Shown here: piece after piece, positions 36,163-47,936 of the stretch
Numbering within the stretch: the first letter of the stretch is position 1
Layout of the letters: every line of letters starts with the position of its first letter
DNA from: Dimorphilus gyrociliatus
Taxonomy: Eukaryota > Animalia > Annelida
Assembly (NCBI GenBank): GCA_904063045.1
Contig: CAJFCJ010000064.1
Location: forward strand, 100,854 to 162,422
DNA length: 61,569 nt
Direction: 5' to 3'
The notes under the pieces: model-generated
Databases searched by the model: none
Seen by the model: the letters and a program-made list of their open reading frames with translations, nothing else
What the model was told of the DNA's origin: nothing
Position numbers and translations under genes: made by a program

Positions 36163-36452
36163 GAAATTTCATCACCAGTGACTGTAACTGGTGTATTTAT
36201 TTCAATTTCTTTTTTACTTCCGGTTAATTCTTCTGCTTTACTTGAATTCTTTCCATTTCTGATCATTCTAATGGAGAATTTCTTCTTGTTTTTGTTCATC
36301 TTCTTATGTTCTGTTCTTTCTCCAGCTTTTTAAGAAGACTCAGCATGTAATTTTTCTTTTGCATCTTTACCATTCCATATGAAGAAAGGAAGGGATGCAG
36401 CTTTTGTTGCAAAATCCAACAGATCTCAATGAATTTAATAACTACACTTTCC

Positions 36453-36935
36453 TTATTCTTTCAACCACCTCTGGTTGATCAATTGCTTATCCAGGCGAAT
36501 ATTTTTCAGTAAGATCACTCTCCCAGCAAAACTTGTTACTGTTTCACCAGTTAATTGTTTCAACCTCTCAGCAGCTCTTTTATAAACTATTGAGGGTGGA
36601 TTTAACTCATAATCCAAGGCTCCCCAAATATCTCTTTTTGACACTTCAGCTCTGTCTACAGTGTACTTTCTTAACATTCTGATTCTTTTTGCTTCAATAT
36701 TCCATAAACTTATTTCTGCAGCTGTTCTGAAATTCCTTTTAAAATTCCCGGTTTTTCCTATTCTGTCCATATATTCTTCTACTTTCAGCATATACTCACT
36801 AATTTTCTTTTCATCTTGTTTTACTAGAAGAGGGATCACTTCCAGCACTAGCCATTTTAAATATGATGAGAGTCCTGTCAACTGTGCCAAGTTTGTACTT
36901 TTCTGCTGTGGCGTTGTAAGTAAGTACTGGTCCAA
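36453..36935 (-). mobile_element. gag-like ORF remnant of an LTR retrotransposon
   Basis: 160-aa helical ORF with LKQLTGETVTSFAGRV, resembling the Q.xgEsv..F..R motif of Ty3/gypsy gag; directly downstream (on minus) of an LTR-like repeat. Confidence 0.55.
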
Positions 36936-37016
36936 ATAGGACCAAATTTAGAGTAAGCCACTTAGAAAAGGTGAAGAATAGATGGGAGATGAATATCCAA
37001 TTTAAAACAATAATAT

Positions 37017-37520
37017 TCTACAAACTTTAGTTATTATATTTTACTCTTTATGTATATTACTTGTTGCAACTTATACATGTACCTCTTCAAACCTATGCAA
37101 GAAAATGCTACAACATTGACCAAACACATGTCTAATTAGTCAGCTTGAAGGCTCATCTTTAATTACCAGTTAAGGTGTGCCCAAGTTATAATTCAATTAG
37201 CCTTCCTAAATGTTGAACCTTGTAACATTCTGTTACTAAACATAAATTTAAACTACACAGTTCAGCAACTGTAAAGTGATGATTGGATATCAGAGGCAAA
37301 CCTCAAAGTGTATAAATCCTCACTATTTTCATTCTAAGCATCTCCCATCTGGACCCAAGGACCTGTGATATTAACCTGGAAACACTGGAGCCATCCATCT
37401 ACTCCTCAACATTAGAACACAGTTTGGTAATTTGGCAACCTGCAACCTGCTCTTACGAACTATCTACTCTGCTATTGAACTCTCATATTGCTACTTGTTT
37501 AAGTATTATGTTTTTGAATA
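37017..37520 (+). repeat. LTR-like repeat (family E), near full length
   Basis: Contains both the 5' part shared with 32264, 33290 and 53450 and the 3' part shared with 29600. Confidence 0.75.
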
Positions 37521-37867
37521 AATTTTTTGAGATAGCACAATAATTCTATATAGCTTTTATATTTTGTTGTGGATTTTTTTGTTATAAAAAATTATTGTTT
37601 TACTGTCTCTGTCTAATGTATTTTGATGTTTTTCTTTTTGCAAAATAAACTTGAAAATTTGAAAAAAAAATTGCCTCATCAGCACCTGTTGTTTAACATG
37701 CATCTTTTCCATGTTCTTTGTTCCTTATAGCTGTACTTAGAAAAGTGAAGATGGCACAGCTGCTGCTCAGTACAAAGGAAGCAATAACAAAGCATTAGCC
37801 AATTGTAAACTGTTTAAAAATTATTTACTTGTTATCTATGAAAAAGAGTGCTTATATTTTACTCAAT

Positions 37868-39395
37868 GGGGCCAGGACATTTCGGCCCACTTTAGGACAT
37901 TTCGTCCCAGGACATTTTGGCCCAATTTAGGACATTTCGGCCCATTTTAGAGCATTAATATTCAAGAATATAACTTTCGATTTTATGATGGATTATGTTT
38001 ATTTTTTCAATAAGAAAGGAAACAATTTCAAAACAGTAAAAGAATGATATAACATACAATAACAAAAATGCAGAGTAAGAAATGTTAACTTTTAAAAAAT
38101 ATTTAAATGTACAAGTCCATCCAATAATTCATCCAAACTCAGTTCTCTTTCTTCAAATTTACTCCGCAACTGAAATATTTTGAATTGTAAATCTTGATAC
38201 TTCTTTTTTTGTATCTTTCTTAACTTTTTCTCGGACAATAACTTTTCAAAGATCTCTACTAACTCAGCTTCTCTTCTTAATTCTTTTATGAGGGAATACA
38301 AGTTCTCATCCATGTTCAAGTTTTTGTTAAGCCTGGAATGCCATGCCTCAACATGATTGTTTGTTCTCACAGCCAATTGAATATTATGTATGCAGGACAA
38401 GGATTTTTAGCATATCTTTGAGTACATCTCCAGGTAATTGAACTCTCAGTTTTTCTTTTCATGGAATATGAACAATTTTTGTGTAGAAGTAAGACTTTAC
38501 CTTTGGTACTTCCACCAACAACAATTTTGAATTCATCTGTTTCAGTTTCCATAATGTTACACTGCTCATCCATCTCAAATGAAGTTTCATCACTGATGTC
38601 AACTTTCATATCTCTCATATCTTGCCTATTATCAGGAAGATTCACCTCTTTTTCAATATTTGATGATTCAGTTGAATTAAAGTCAAAAGAGAGTCTCAGC
38701 TGTCAAAAATAATTTAGAGTGAGATATTAATATTTTTTAAGCATTGAAATTACCTGATTTGTGTTGCTTTCACTTGCATAATCCATTGAAGATTCCATAT
38801 CAATATCACTTTCTTGAAGAATTTCACTCTGATGATAATTATCTATTTTCTTCAATTTAATAAATAATTGTCTTCTCCTGACATCATGACAATCAGAGCA
38901 ATAATCTGTATCTTAATATATAAATGATATAGCATTAAACATTGGAAAGTTTAATAGAATACACTTACTTTTTCAACATTTTGCATGATAAAAATGTCTG
39001 CACAACTTGCATCTAAATTTTCTTTGAGTCCAGTGGAACCTCAATCCACACTTCCAACAATTTTTCAAATTCATGCTGTGGTTTCTATCAAAACTAGGAT
39101 GAAATGCAAGAAAACAAATATACCCTCTACTTTTTTCACAACAGGAAAAAGAAATTGCAAAAAAAAGTAAAATATACTTTTGAAAAAAAGAAAACTGGTA
39201 ATATGAAAATGTTTCAAATTTTTTGAATGATTTATATATATATATATATATATGTGGAACTGCAATTGAAAATTACATGTTTTTTCTTGTTATTTTTCTA
39301 ACATGGGGTGAAATATTTTGGGCGGAAATGTCCCAAAGTGGGCTGAAATGTCCTGGGACGAAATGTCCCAAAGTGGGCCGAAATGTCACTGCACC
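37868..39395 (-). mobile_element. Non-autonomous Mutator (MULE) deletion derivative, 1528 bp
   Basis: TIRs built of GGACATTTCGGCCCA subrepeats; flanks TTACTCAAT / TTACTCAAC (9-bp TSD, 8/9); FLYWCH-like STKGKVLLLHKNCSY...TWRCTQR...C next to C-terminal RTNNHVEAWHSRLN; DDE core missing. Confidence 0.92.
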
Positions 39396-39939
39396 TTACT
39401 CAACTACAGGTGGTGACACCACTCTCAGCTTCAATTTTTACAATTCATAGTGAATTTTGGCAAGTTGCCAATCATTTAATAAAAAAAAAACCAACATGTA
39501 AAGTAGCTAAGCTATGTATAAAATATGTTGTTGAATAGAATAAAAATTCCACCAGGCAAGCCGGAACTCCACCCAAAGAGAGAAATGAAGAAAACCCCTA
39601 GATTATAAAAGGCGCTTTCATTTATTTCAGTGAAGCTTACTTTTTCTTCTAAACAATTTCTTAAAGCATTTCAAAAAGAAAAACAATATTTCTCGAAGAG
39701 AGGTCATGGGAAAGCTAGTGAACATTTTTTCTACATTGTAATACCTATTGAGTAATATCAGTGGCGGTGTGAATTTTAAATTTTTCTTTATGAAAAAAAA
39801 TGCATTTCTATCATAGATGGTTTCTGTCTACCTCAACAGGTGATTTTGACAAAACACACTAACAATATACTTCAACAAGTTATTCATTATATAAGACACA
39901 TTGACAAGGCATAACAAACTTTGATGAATCATTACATGA

Positions 39940-40145
39940 GGGACCGGTCAAAAACGGCCATAAATGAAATATTTGAAGGTCAGATTTCAGGCTGGGAAAT
40001 GGTTAGGAGAATAGGAGAGCTATTGATACGTGCTTAGGAGGGTCCTATCCAAGGGTTAGTGGCATTGAAAAAGTTTAGGCAAAAACAAGGGCTAGGTTAG
40101 AGTTAGAGTAAAACCATAGATTTATGGCCGTTTTCTACCACATCC
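39940..40145. mobile_element. MITE family A, copy 8 (206 bp)
   Basis: TIRs GGGACCGGTCAAAAACGGCCATAAAT / ATTTATGGCCGTTTTCTACCACATCC; flanks ATTACATGA / ATTAGATGA (9-bp TSD, 8/9). Confidence 0.92.
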
Positions 40146-40666
40146 ATTAGATGATTACAGTTGAATCTTCGTGGTAGAAACACTTTAACGGGATATGTGA
40201 TTTCACTCAAATTCAGTTTAAATTTTTTATCACATTTTACATTCAAACTATCCTACTTTAGAAGGAAAGCAAATGCATAATTTTGGCCAGGTAAAAGCAG
40301 TATAAAACTGTTTTTTCAATATGCTTCTTTAAGAAAATCTTCTAGTTCAAAAGATTTGAAAATCATGAATCATTTATTAAGAAAATAAGTTTCTTTTGTG
40401 CTATTATGATATTAATATTTAAAATTGTTATTGTCAAAAATAATGTTAGAAAATATGAATATTCAAGAAATTTTATAGACTGTTGAACAAATGGTTTTCT
40501 TACATGAGTAGAAAGATTTGACAAAAAATGAGTAGGCCTAACTGAATAATTTGTTTTTCAGTTCAATTCATATCTACTTATATCTATTCCAAATTTACAC
40601 TTATATATTCAGAAAATCTGAAACTTGTTCAATTTACAATCTCTCTTCAAGGAAATAGTTTGGAAC

Positions 40667-41965
40667 ATGAATTCTGTTTTTCTTTTAATAGTAATAGTTG
40701 GCATAACACAAGCTCAATTTGCTTTACGTTTTAATGAGCTGAGACTAGATAATACTCCAAGTGTTGAATATGCTACAACCACTGGTTCAGGGGTATCAGC
40801 TTCTACTCATTGGCTGCTGATTTTGTCTGGTGACACCTCGCCTCCCACCTTTTCTCGGACTTACAATATGGGTGGAAGTTTTTTCAAGCATATTTCAGGT
40901 ACATATACTTTATCCCACAATCCTGTTCCCGAGCTAGGAGCAGCCCTTCTATATGGTAAGGGAATGTATCATAATCTCTTTGATTATATAATAATCATTT
41001 CCAATGAAAAATTTAGAGGATTCATCAGCTCCTGCTACATATAATGATATTGACCCAAGAAGAATAATTGATGCTGTGGCATTTCATCCTACACAGAGTG
41101 ATGTAACCACATTTACTGAAAAATTACCTGAATGGGATAACAAATATTTGATAGTACCAGGAAAGCATATGTCACGATGTTTCAATTTAAATGCAAATGA
41201 TCCCTACAGTTGGTCTACAATTCCTGCAAGTAGCTTTGATAATCCAAATCCATGTTCTGGAGGTAAGCTTAAAGTTATCAATTGAATATTTTTAAAAAAG
41301 ACATTCAAACAGTAAATCCTCGTTCATTTGGAGATCCTCACTTTGAGCAAAAAGTACTGGATAGTATAACTGGAAGAAGTTTAGACATTTGCTATGATGT
41401 GACTGGTTCAAGTGGACAAATAATCAATATACTAGATGATAAATATTCAAGAACAAAAGTTGAAGGTATTCTTAAAGATGATTACTATTTACACAAAGCT
41501 ATAATCACTCATCAAGGTGAAAAGGTTTCTATTGATATTGATTATATAACCCTGGCTAATGAAAGAATGTACAAATGGGAACACGGAAAAAGTGTTGTTT
41601 ATAAATCATTTTCTATATCAATATCCAATCAAGAAGTAGTTATTGATACTTCTTTTCATGTGTATAACATAAGAACAGTTATTCAAAGGACAAACAAATT
41701 ATTAACTGGAAATTATATTAATGTAAATTTCAGAGGAATGAGAAATGATAAGAAAAGATATAGTGGAATTATTGGATTAGTTGGCAAAAAGAATATCACA
41801 TTATTACAATCCATTCAGACACATGGGAAAAGTGCATTCAAAATTAGCAATAAATTGGTATTGGCTAAACTTTCAAATAGATTTTCATTCAGCTGCTATC
41901 TTTTTGATATGAATGATTTATTCACACAAAATGAACTTGATCATTTAATATATTTTAATAATTAA
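40667..41965 (+). CDS. Secreted 399-aa protein: signal peptide, unknown ~170-aa domain, GDPH motif, ITIH C-terminal-like domain. Exons 40667-40955, 41017-41262, 41301-41965
   Basis: Both introns GT-AG, phase 1, splicing in frame (1200 nt); signal MNSVFLLIVIVGITQA; GDPHFEQKV...DICYDVTGSSGQIINILDD resembles the GDPHF...LCFNI...PG..L.L..D segment of inter-alpha-trypsin inhibitor heavy chains. Confidence 0.82.
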
Positions 41966-42739
41966 TATTTACTTTCAATTATCAAGCACACTCCTTTCTC
42001 AATATTCTATCTTCTCTTTATTATTCAAGCTAATATGCTTTTTTCTAAAAGTACAACTTTGATAAAAAATATAAAATATTAAAACTCTGGCTATTGTACA
42101 TTATTAGTTACAATTAAAAAGCGCAAATATAAAACAGTTTCCTTTGCATTCCACAATTCATTTGAATTGTCAGATGAACCAATAAAACCAAAACTTTCAT
42201 GAAAAAATGAATTAATAGAAGATGGTTTTATCAGAGAAAATAAATACTTAGCAAAGAAACCTACAATTAACAAAATTGCTGACTGGTTACAAATAATATT
42301 TTGAAACATATCCAATACATTTCCATAATGCAATCACTTTTGGTTGCCATTTTAAAATCCAGACAGGAAACAGTTCTAGGATCTTCAACTACAATCTTTC
42401 AGAATTTTTTGCAGTTTGAAATATATTTACCTATTGAAAACCATCAGACAAAACACAACACTTTAGAACTAATATCAGTAAGTTATAGAATATTGTGTTG
42501 AAATTATTTATCCATAAATTAGCTTTATTTTTATAGCAGCCATTTTGTTTATTATTATTGTTAATTGTTTAATCTTAAAAATTAAACAGTTCGTTATTAA
42601 TAGAGATTGCAGATTGAACATGGCACCAATTTGTTACATTTGTGAAGAGAGAATGGGAATAATTTGAAATTGCCTCAATCACCTCCCTGGATTTACTTGA
42701 TAAAGCTTCTGACATTTATTCACCAGTCTAAAATATCTT

Positions 42740-42890
42740 TGTTCTTTAATGTTGTTACACTGATGCTAGCAGACAGGAAATATCAAGTTATTTCAAATAT
42801 TGAAGCTACAAGACTAGAAAAGTTTGAGGGAAAAAAAGAATCATTTTCGAGAAATGCAAATGAAACAGACAAACCAAATATTGTAAATTA
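42740..42890 (+). repeat. Partial homologue of the env-like ORF 29826-30566
   Basis: DRKYQVISNIEATRLEKFEGKKESFSRNANETDKPNIV versus ERKYQAISNIEAARLEKFEGKKKSFLRNANETDKQNIV. Confidence 0.85.
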
Positions 42891-43999
42891 TAATGATTGG
42901 TATAGAGAAGGTGCTAGAAATTATCACATGTTGCTAAAAACCCAATCAACACCATTAGTAAAAACACTTATTTTGGAAGACATTATTTCATCTGATATTT
43001 ATTCTCTCCTTTCTCTTCAGTATATAATTCTTCTTCCTTCATGTTGTTATTCTCTTCAATATTCTTTTCCACAAAATCAATAATTTTTTCTTTTTCCTTT
43101 TACCATAGAATTAATATTCTTTATGACACTTTCCTTGCTTTTTTCTGGATCATCAATTCTCTTTAACATCATCAAACAAGTTCTTTTAGTTATTTTAAAA
43201 CAACTCAGACAGAGTTGTTATTCTGTTGATTAAACTGAAAAATAATAAAAAGTATATGTTTTTCAAAGAAGGATTATGTAAACCATGCAGACATAATGAG
43301 CATTGGCCTTCAATTTGCCTACCAACAAATTTATCATTGCCAATAGAACAACAGAAATTGAGGATCTCCCCAAATTCTTTTGGTTTTATTATCTCCTGAA
43401 TGCTTTTAGTAAATGACAATATACAAAAGCAAACTGCCAAGCATTTCTCCCTTGCCTGGCATTCATCTCCATTTTGACAGCCATCACAGTCCAGGGATCA
43501 ATAGAAGTCGCCCATGGCAGAAGTTTTCTTGTACATTTTAAAAAAGACAGTAGCAAAAAATATTTCTTTTCAAGTAGTTCTTTTTCTCTTTGGCTTCCAT
43601 TTGAAAATATTTTGAATTTACCATCTCCTTCATGGTTTTCTACTGGTATGCTTTCATCTTCTGTTCTGGGCGACATCTATCATATTCCACAGTCCCGTGT
43701 TGATTTTTTCTATATGTATTGAACAAATTGAAAATAAAGTGTGCAACTTTCCTTATATTTTATGCTTATACTATGCAACTACAGTTGGAATATTAAGTAA
43801 TTATAACAATAGCAAGCTATTAATTTTTCTTTTATTTATAAGATATTTTGTGGATGAATTACATGATATATACTCAACCTTTTTATATAAACAATTGGAG
43901 TTGTACAAATCTTACACCACTTGAAAATGAATCTGCACCAAAGTTTGTTTTTCTTCTCTTTTTCAACATTTCTTTTTTTTACAACATTAATTAATTGCC

Positions 44000-44591
44000 T
44001 AAAACAGAAAAATCGACTTTGCGGAAAACTATTGATTTTACACAGAACACTGCATTTCATGGTGTAAAATATATTACAGATGGAAATAATTTCTTTAGAA
44101 AGTAAGGAAAGATTTCAACTACAAAAAAACTACTTTTCTAATGTCTTTTTTGATATTTTCAAAAGGATATTCTGGTCTTTTATAACATTATCTGCTATAA
44201 CATGTTTTATCTACGTTCTTGGGCATAGGATTAAAACTTATCAAAGCTATCCTAAAAGCGTTAATGTTGAAGTGATTTATTCAAATCAGTTGAAATTTCC
44301 AACTGTGATAATATGCAATGAAAACTCGTTTAGGTAGTTTTTTCTGTGTTTTTTCTTAGGAACGGGGTTGATCCTCTAAGAATATCTTTCTGTGATTGCT
44401 CTAGAATAACTAGAACTTTTGAATTGGGTTTGTATGATAAGGTTGAGGAAGTCTTCACTGGCAATTATAGAAAATGGCCAAAGAATGAAGAAAAAGATGG
44501 CGATAAAATACTTGATAACTGCCTAACTAAATTTCCCCAAGGCAGACAGGAAATATCCATTATCAAAGATGCAATGATAAGAAATGTGTAA
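44000..44591 (+). pseudogene. DEG/ENaC (ASIC-like) channel N-terminal fragment, 3 exons
   Basis: DFTQNTAFHGVKYI (HG motif), intron 44102-44165, RKIFWSFITL (TM1), YPKSVNVEV...LKFPTVIICNENSFR, then RITRTFELGLY; no TM2 in the window. Confidence 0.85.
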
Positions 44592-44789
44592 TTATCTTTT
44601 TATCACCAAAAGCAACCACCAAACAACTCAAAAAAAAGAATAAATATTTAATCTGATGGCAATTATGATGTTTTTAAATGGATATGCTGAATAAATGATG
44701 ATAGCTTTTAAAATAATTTATAAGGCCAATGTAAAAATATTTTAGTCAGTTAAGGCAACTTTTATCTGACAACAGTTCAGCAATAAATA

Positions 44790-47700
44790 TTTTAGTTTGC
44801 TAATGAGCAGGGAAACTTATGTGAATTCTATCAAACTGATAAAGATGATTTTGACTGGGTAAAGCAAATTGGACCAACTGGTACATTTGACACAGGTCCA
44901 ATTGAAGATCACACAACGGGTAGAGGCTATTACATCTATGTTGAAGCTACAAACAGGGAACGAGGGTCTGTAGCAAAATTAATATCACCTTTTTTACAAT
45001 CAAAGAGTAAACTTTGTATGGAATTTTATTACAAGTGAGTCATTAATATCCATCTTTTAATTTTATTTTATAGGGAAGTTAGGTTAGATACTATCCAAAT
45101 CCACTTTTGAATTATTGTCTAATAAGCATTTTAATTACTTTATTGTTCTACTATGGGTAACTCCTTCAAAGTAACAATTGAACCTGGAGTTTTTCAAGTC
45201 ATTGTTGAAGGGATTGTTTCCGGTGGAAAATTAGGAGACATTGCTATAGATGATGTAAAAATTGGAAAGTGTAGTTCTCTAGGTAGAAATAAGAGAAGAA
45301 TGTAAAAAAAATAGTTCTAATTACTTGTTTTGTAAAATAAATATTTAGTTTCAGAATGTAAACGTAACGTAATAGGAGAAGACTTTGAAGGAGTTACCCA
45401 TAGTAGAACAATTAAGAATATTACTTGTCTAAAATGGACAGAACTAGTGACAATTATTCTTAAGCAATCTGAAAAGGAGCTATTTGAATTTCCTGGCACA
45501 AGCCTTGAACAAGTTGTTCAATTAAACAAATACATAAACATTAAAATTTTCAACTTTACATAATTATTCTTTTCTTTCTAGGCTAATAACTTTTGTAGAA
45601 ATCCAACAAAAGATCCCAAAGGTCCTTGGTGTTTTACAACATATTCTGGTTTAAGAGAATATTGTAATATTCCATTAGAATCTGTTTGTTTGGGATATGA
45701 CAGAAAACGTCCCCAAATTCATGATTTAACCCTAACCATAACCTAGCCCTTGTCTCTCCTTAACCTTTTTGTTTGCTCCTAACCCTTAGATGGAACCCCC
45801 CTAACTATAAATCAAAAGCTACTTTACCCCTCCTAACCATTTTTCAATCCGAAATGTTGCTTTCAAAAATCTCATTTGGGGACGTTTTCTGTCAGCCCCG
45901 TTTGTTTGTAACAAACAAACAAGATTGATGGAAAATGTCTAGAAATGAGATAAAATTTGAGATTAAAAAATTGTTAGGAGAAATAAGATACTCAAAAAAG
46001 CCAAGTCTTGGTTGAGATTAAAACATAGATTTGTGGACATTTTCCATCACATGGCTTTATACATACAGAATTTTGCCCAATTGATTTGTAAAAATGGTGG
46101 GTCTAAAGTAATGGTTAAGAATAAAAAAGGGTGTAGTTTTGGCATTTTCCACAACATTCAAATATTTCTTTGGATGTTAGTCTGTAAAAATATATTTTCA
46201 AACAGGAGTGATAGCCAATTGTGATTTTGAGGACAGTTTCATCTCTGGCTATCAAAATTGGAGAACTTTGGACAAAACAATTCAATGGGAAAGATATAAA
46301 GGACAAAAACTAAATCAACCCTTCTTGGATATGGTAGTCTTGCTATAGATCACACAAAGAAGTCACCTTTTGGCTATTATATGCTAGCTAATTCGTACAA
46401 TGATAAACAAATGGAAGGTCAATCGGCCCTGCTCCTGTCTCCTCTCTTTTCAAAGTCACCAACCAACAGTTGTCTAAGATTCTATTATTATATGCACAGT
46501 TTTAACAGCAACCTATTGAGTATGGGCCACCTAACTATTAGTATATTTTATAACAATATCGACATTGAGCATCTGTACAGAATTGTTGGCAAACAAAAAG
46601 CAGAATGGCAATTGGCACAGATCAACATACCACCAATAGACAAGCCATTCTCCTTTCTATTTGACGCTCAAATTGGACACAATCATCTATCAGACATTGC
46701 TATTGACGATATCACTTTTAACAATAATGAACAATGCGATACATTTAATGTGAATGCAAGACTGGAGAAATAATAAATAAGACTCAAATTTGTGATGGAA
46801 CTGCCAACTGCCTTGATAGAAGTGATGAAACAACTGATAAATGTCTGCTAAGGTTGTTGTTAAAATTTTGTTGTTGTTTAAAAAAAAGAAAAATGATCCA
46901 AATACTAATCAGATAATAATGATTCCTGTTCTTTCAATGACAACTTTATGTGTGGTTATACAAGTAGTGGCCCTGTGGATTTCTTCTGGAAAAGGAATGA
47001 GGTTCTATTGCCAAATGAGAAAGGTTAGTAATGAGTAGTTTTCCCTATTGAAAAAAAGGGGAATGAAAGGAAATTTGAAAACTACCATTTTTCTTTAATC
47101 AATTAGAATATCAATCAGTTGTTGAATGGGAAGGGAAGCTTTACAGAGGCTTCTCAGGCTTCTCATCTAATCTCATCTCACCAGAAGTAACCATTGAAGA
47201 AGAAGCAAGATGTCTAGAACTTGATCTATATTCGACATTTTCCTTCTCTATATGCGATAGATTCAGAATTATTCAAGAATTCCAATTCACTCACAAAACA
47301 TTATTCAAGTAAAGACAGTTTGTTTTTCCTTTCCATTGCAGTTATATAATTGATAGAGTATTGAAAATCCTACAGCTACCTGTTGAAATTTGTACAAGAA
47401 AGAAAATGGAATAAAATAATAGTGCCAGTCTATCCTGGAAAGGGTCGCATAATATTCAAAATATACTCCAATGCATCAGCTTATCAACATCACTATAAAA
47501 TTTTGCTCAGAGATGTACAACTGCACAGAGAGAATTGCAGAGTGATGCGTACCTATAAATCTTTCCTCCTTCTGTCCTCATTTCAAATATAAACTAGTAT
47601 TTAATTTTTTTTTTCAATAGAGGAAACATGGAAGAATGATTTCAAAATGTCCTGTGTTTTTCATAACCACAAATTTTGCGGATTTTCACAAGATTTCAAC

Positions 47701-47860
47701 AATAGCTATGGATAATTTATCTTAAGAAAAGAATTTAAGAATGAGATTTACTATGCCTCTCTCCATGTAAAAGACTTATTGACTTCAGTTAAAAAACCTG
47801 TTAAATTAACTTCGCCTAAATTTAATGTTACATCACCAACATGTTTTCAATTTTGGTAAG
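44790..47860 (+). pseudogene. MAM-kringle-MAM-LDLa-MAM-MAM multi-exon gene with frameshifts
   Basis: MAM (DDFDWVKQIGPTGTFDTGPIEDHTTGRGYYIYVEAT...GDIAIDDV), kringle (NNFCRNPTKDPKGPWCFTT...EYCNIP), MAM2 46214-46735, LDLa (ECKTGEIINKTQICDGTANCLDRSDE); frameshifts at ~46305 and ~46750. Confidence 0.85.
45693..45899. mobile_element. MITE family A, copy 9 (207 bp)
   Basis: Near-identical inverted copy of 10381-10587; perfect 9-bp TSD GTTTGTTTG. Confidence 0.93.
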
Positions 47861-47936
47861 CAAAAACCAACAAACTGTTCATTTATCTATTTCTAAACAT
47901 ACTTTTAAAGGTTGACCTTGTTCAATACTGAACCAA

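Noticed and set aside
37868-37950. Short repeats with spacers (also 39300-39395, 56935-57015, 34569-34631) as CRISPR arrays
   Set aside because: Eukaryotic context; units are MULE subterminal repeats in inverted orientation at element ends, with no unique spacers or cas genes
43195-43690. Minus-strand ORF pieces with Cys clusters as a zinc-finger or transposase gene
   Set aside because: Broken frames and no motif I can assign with confidence
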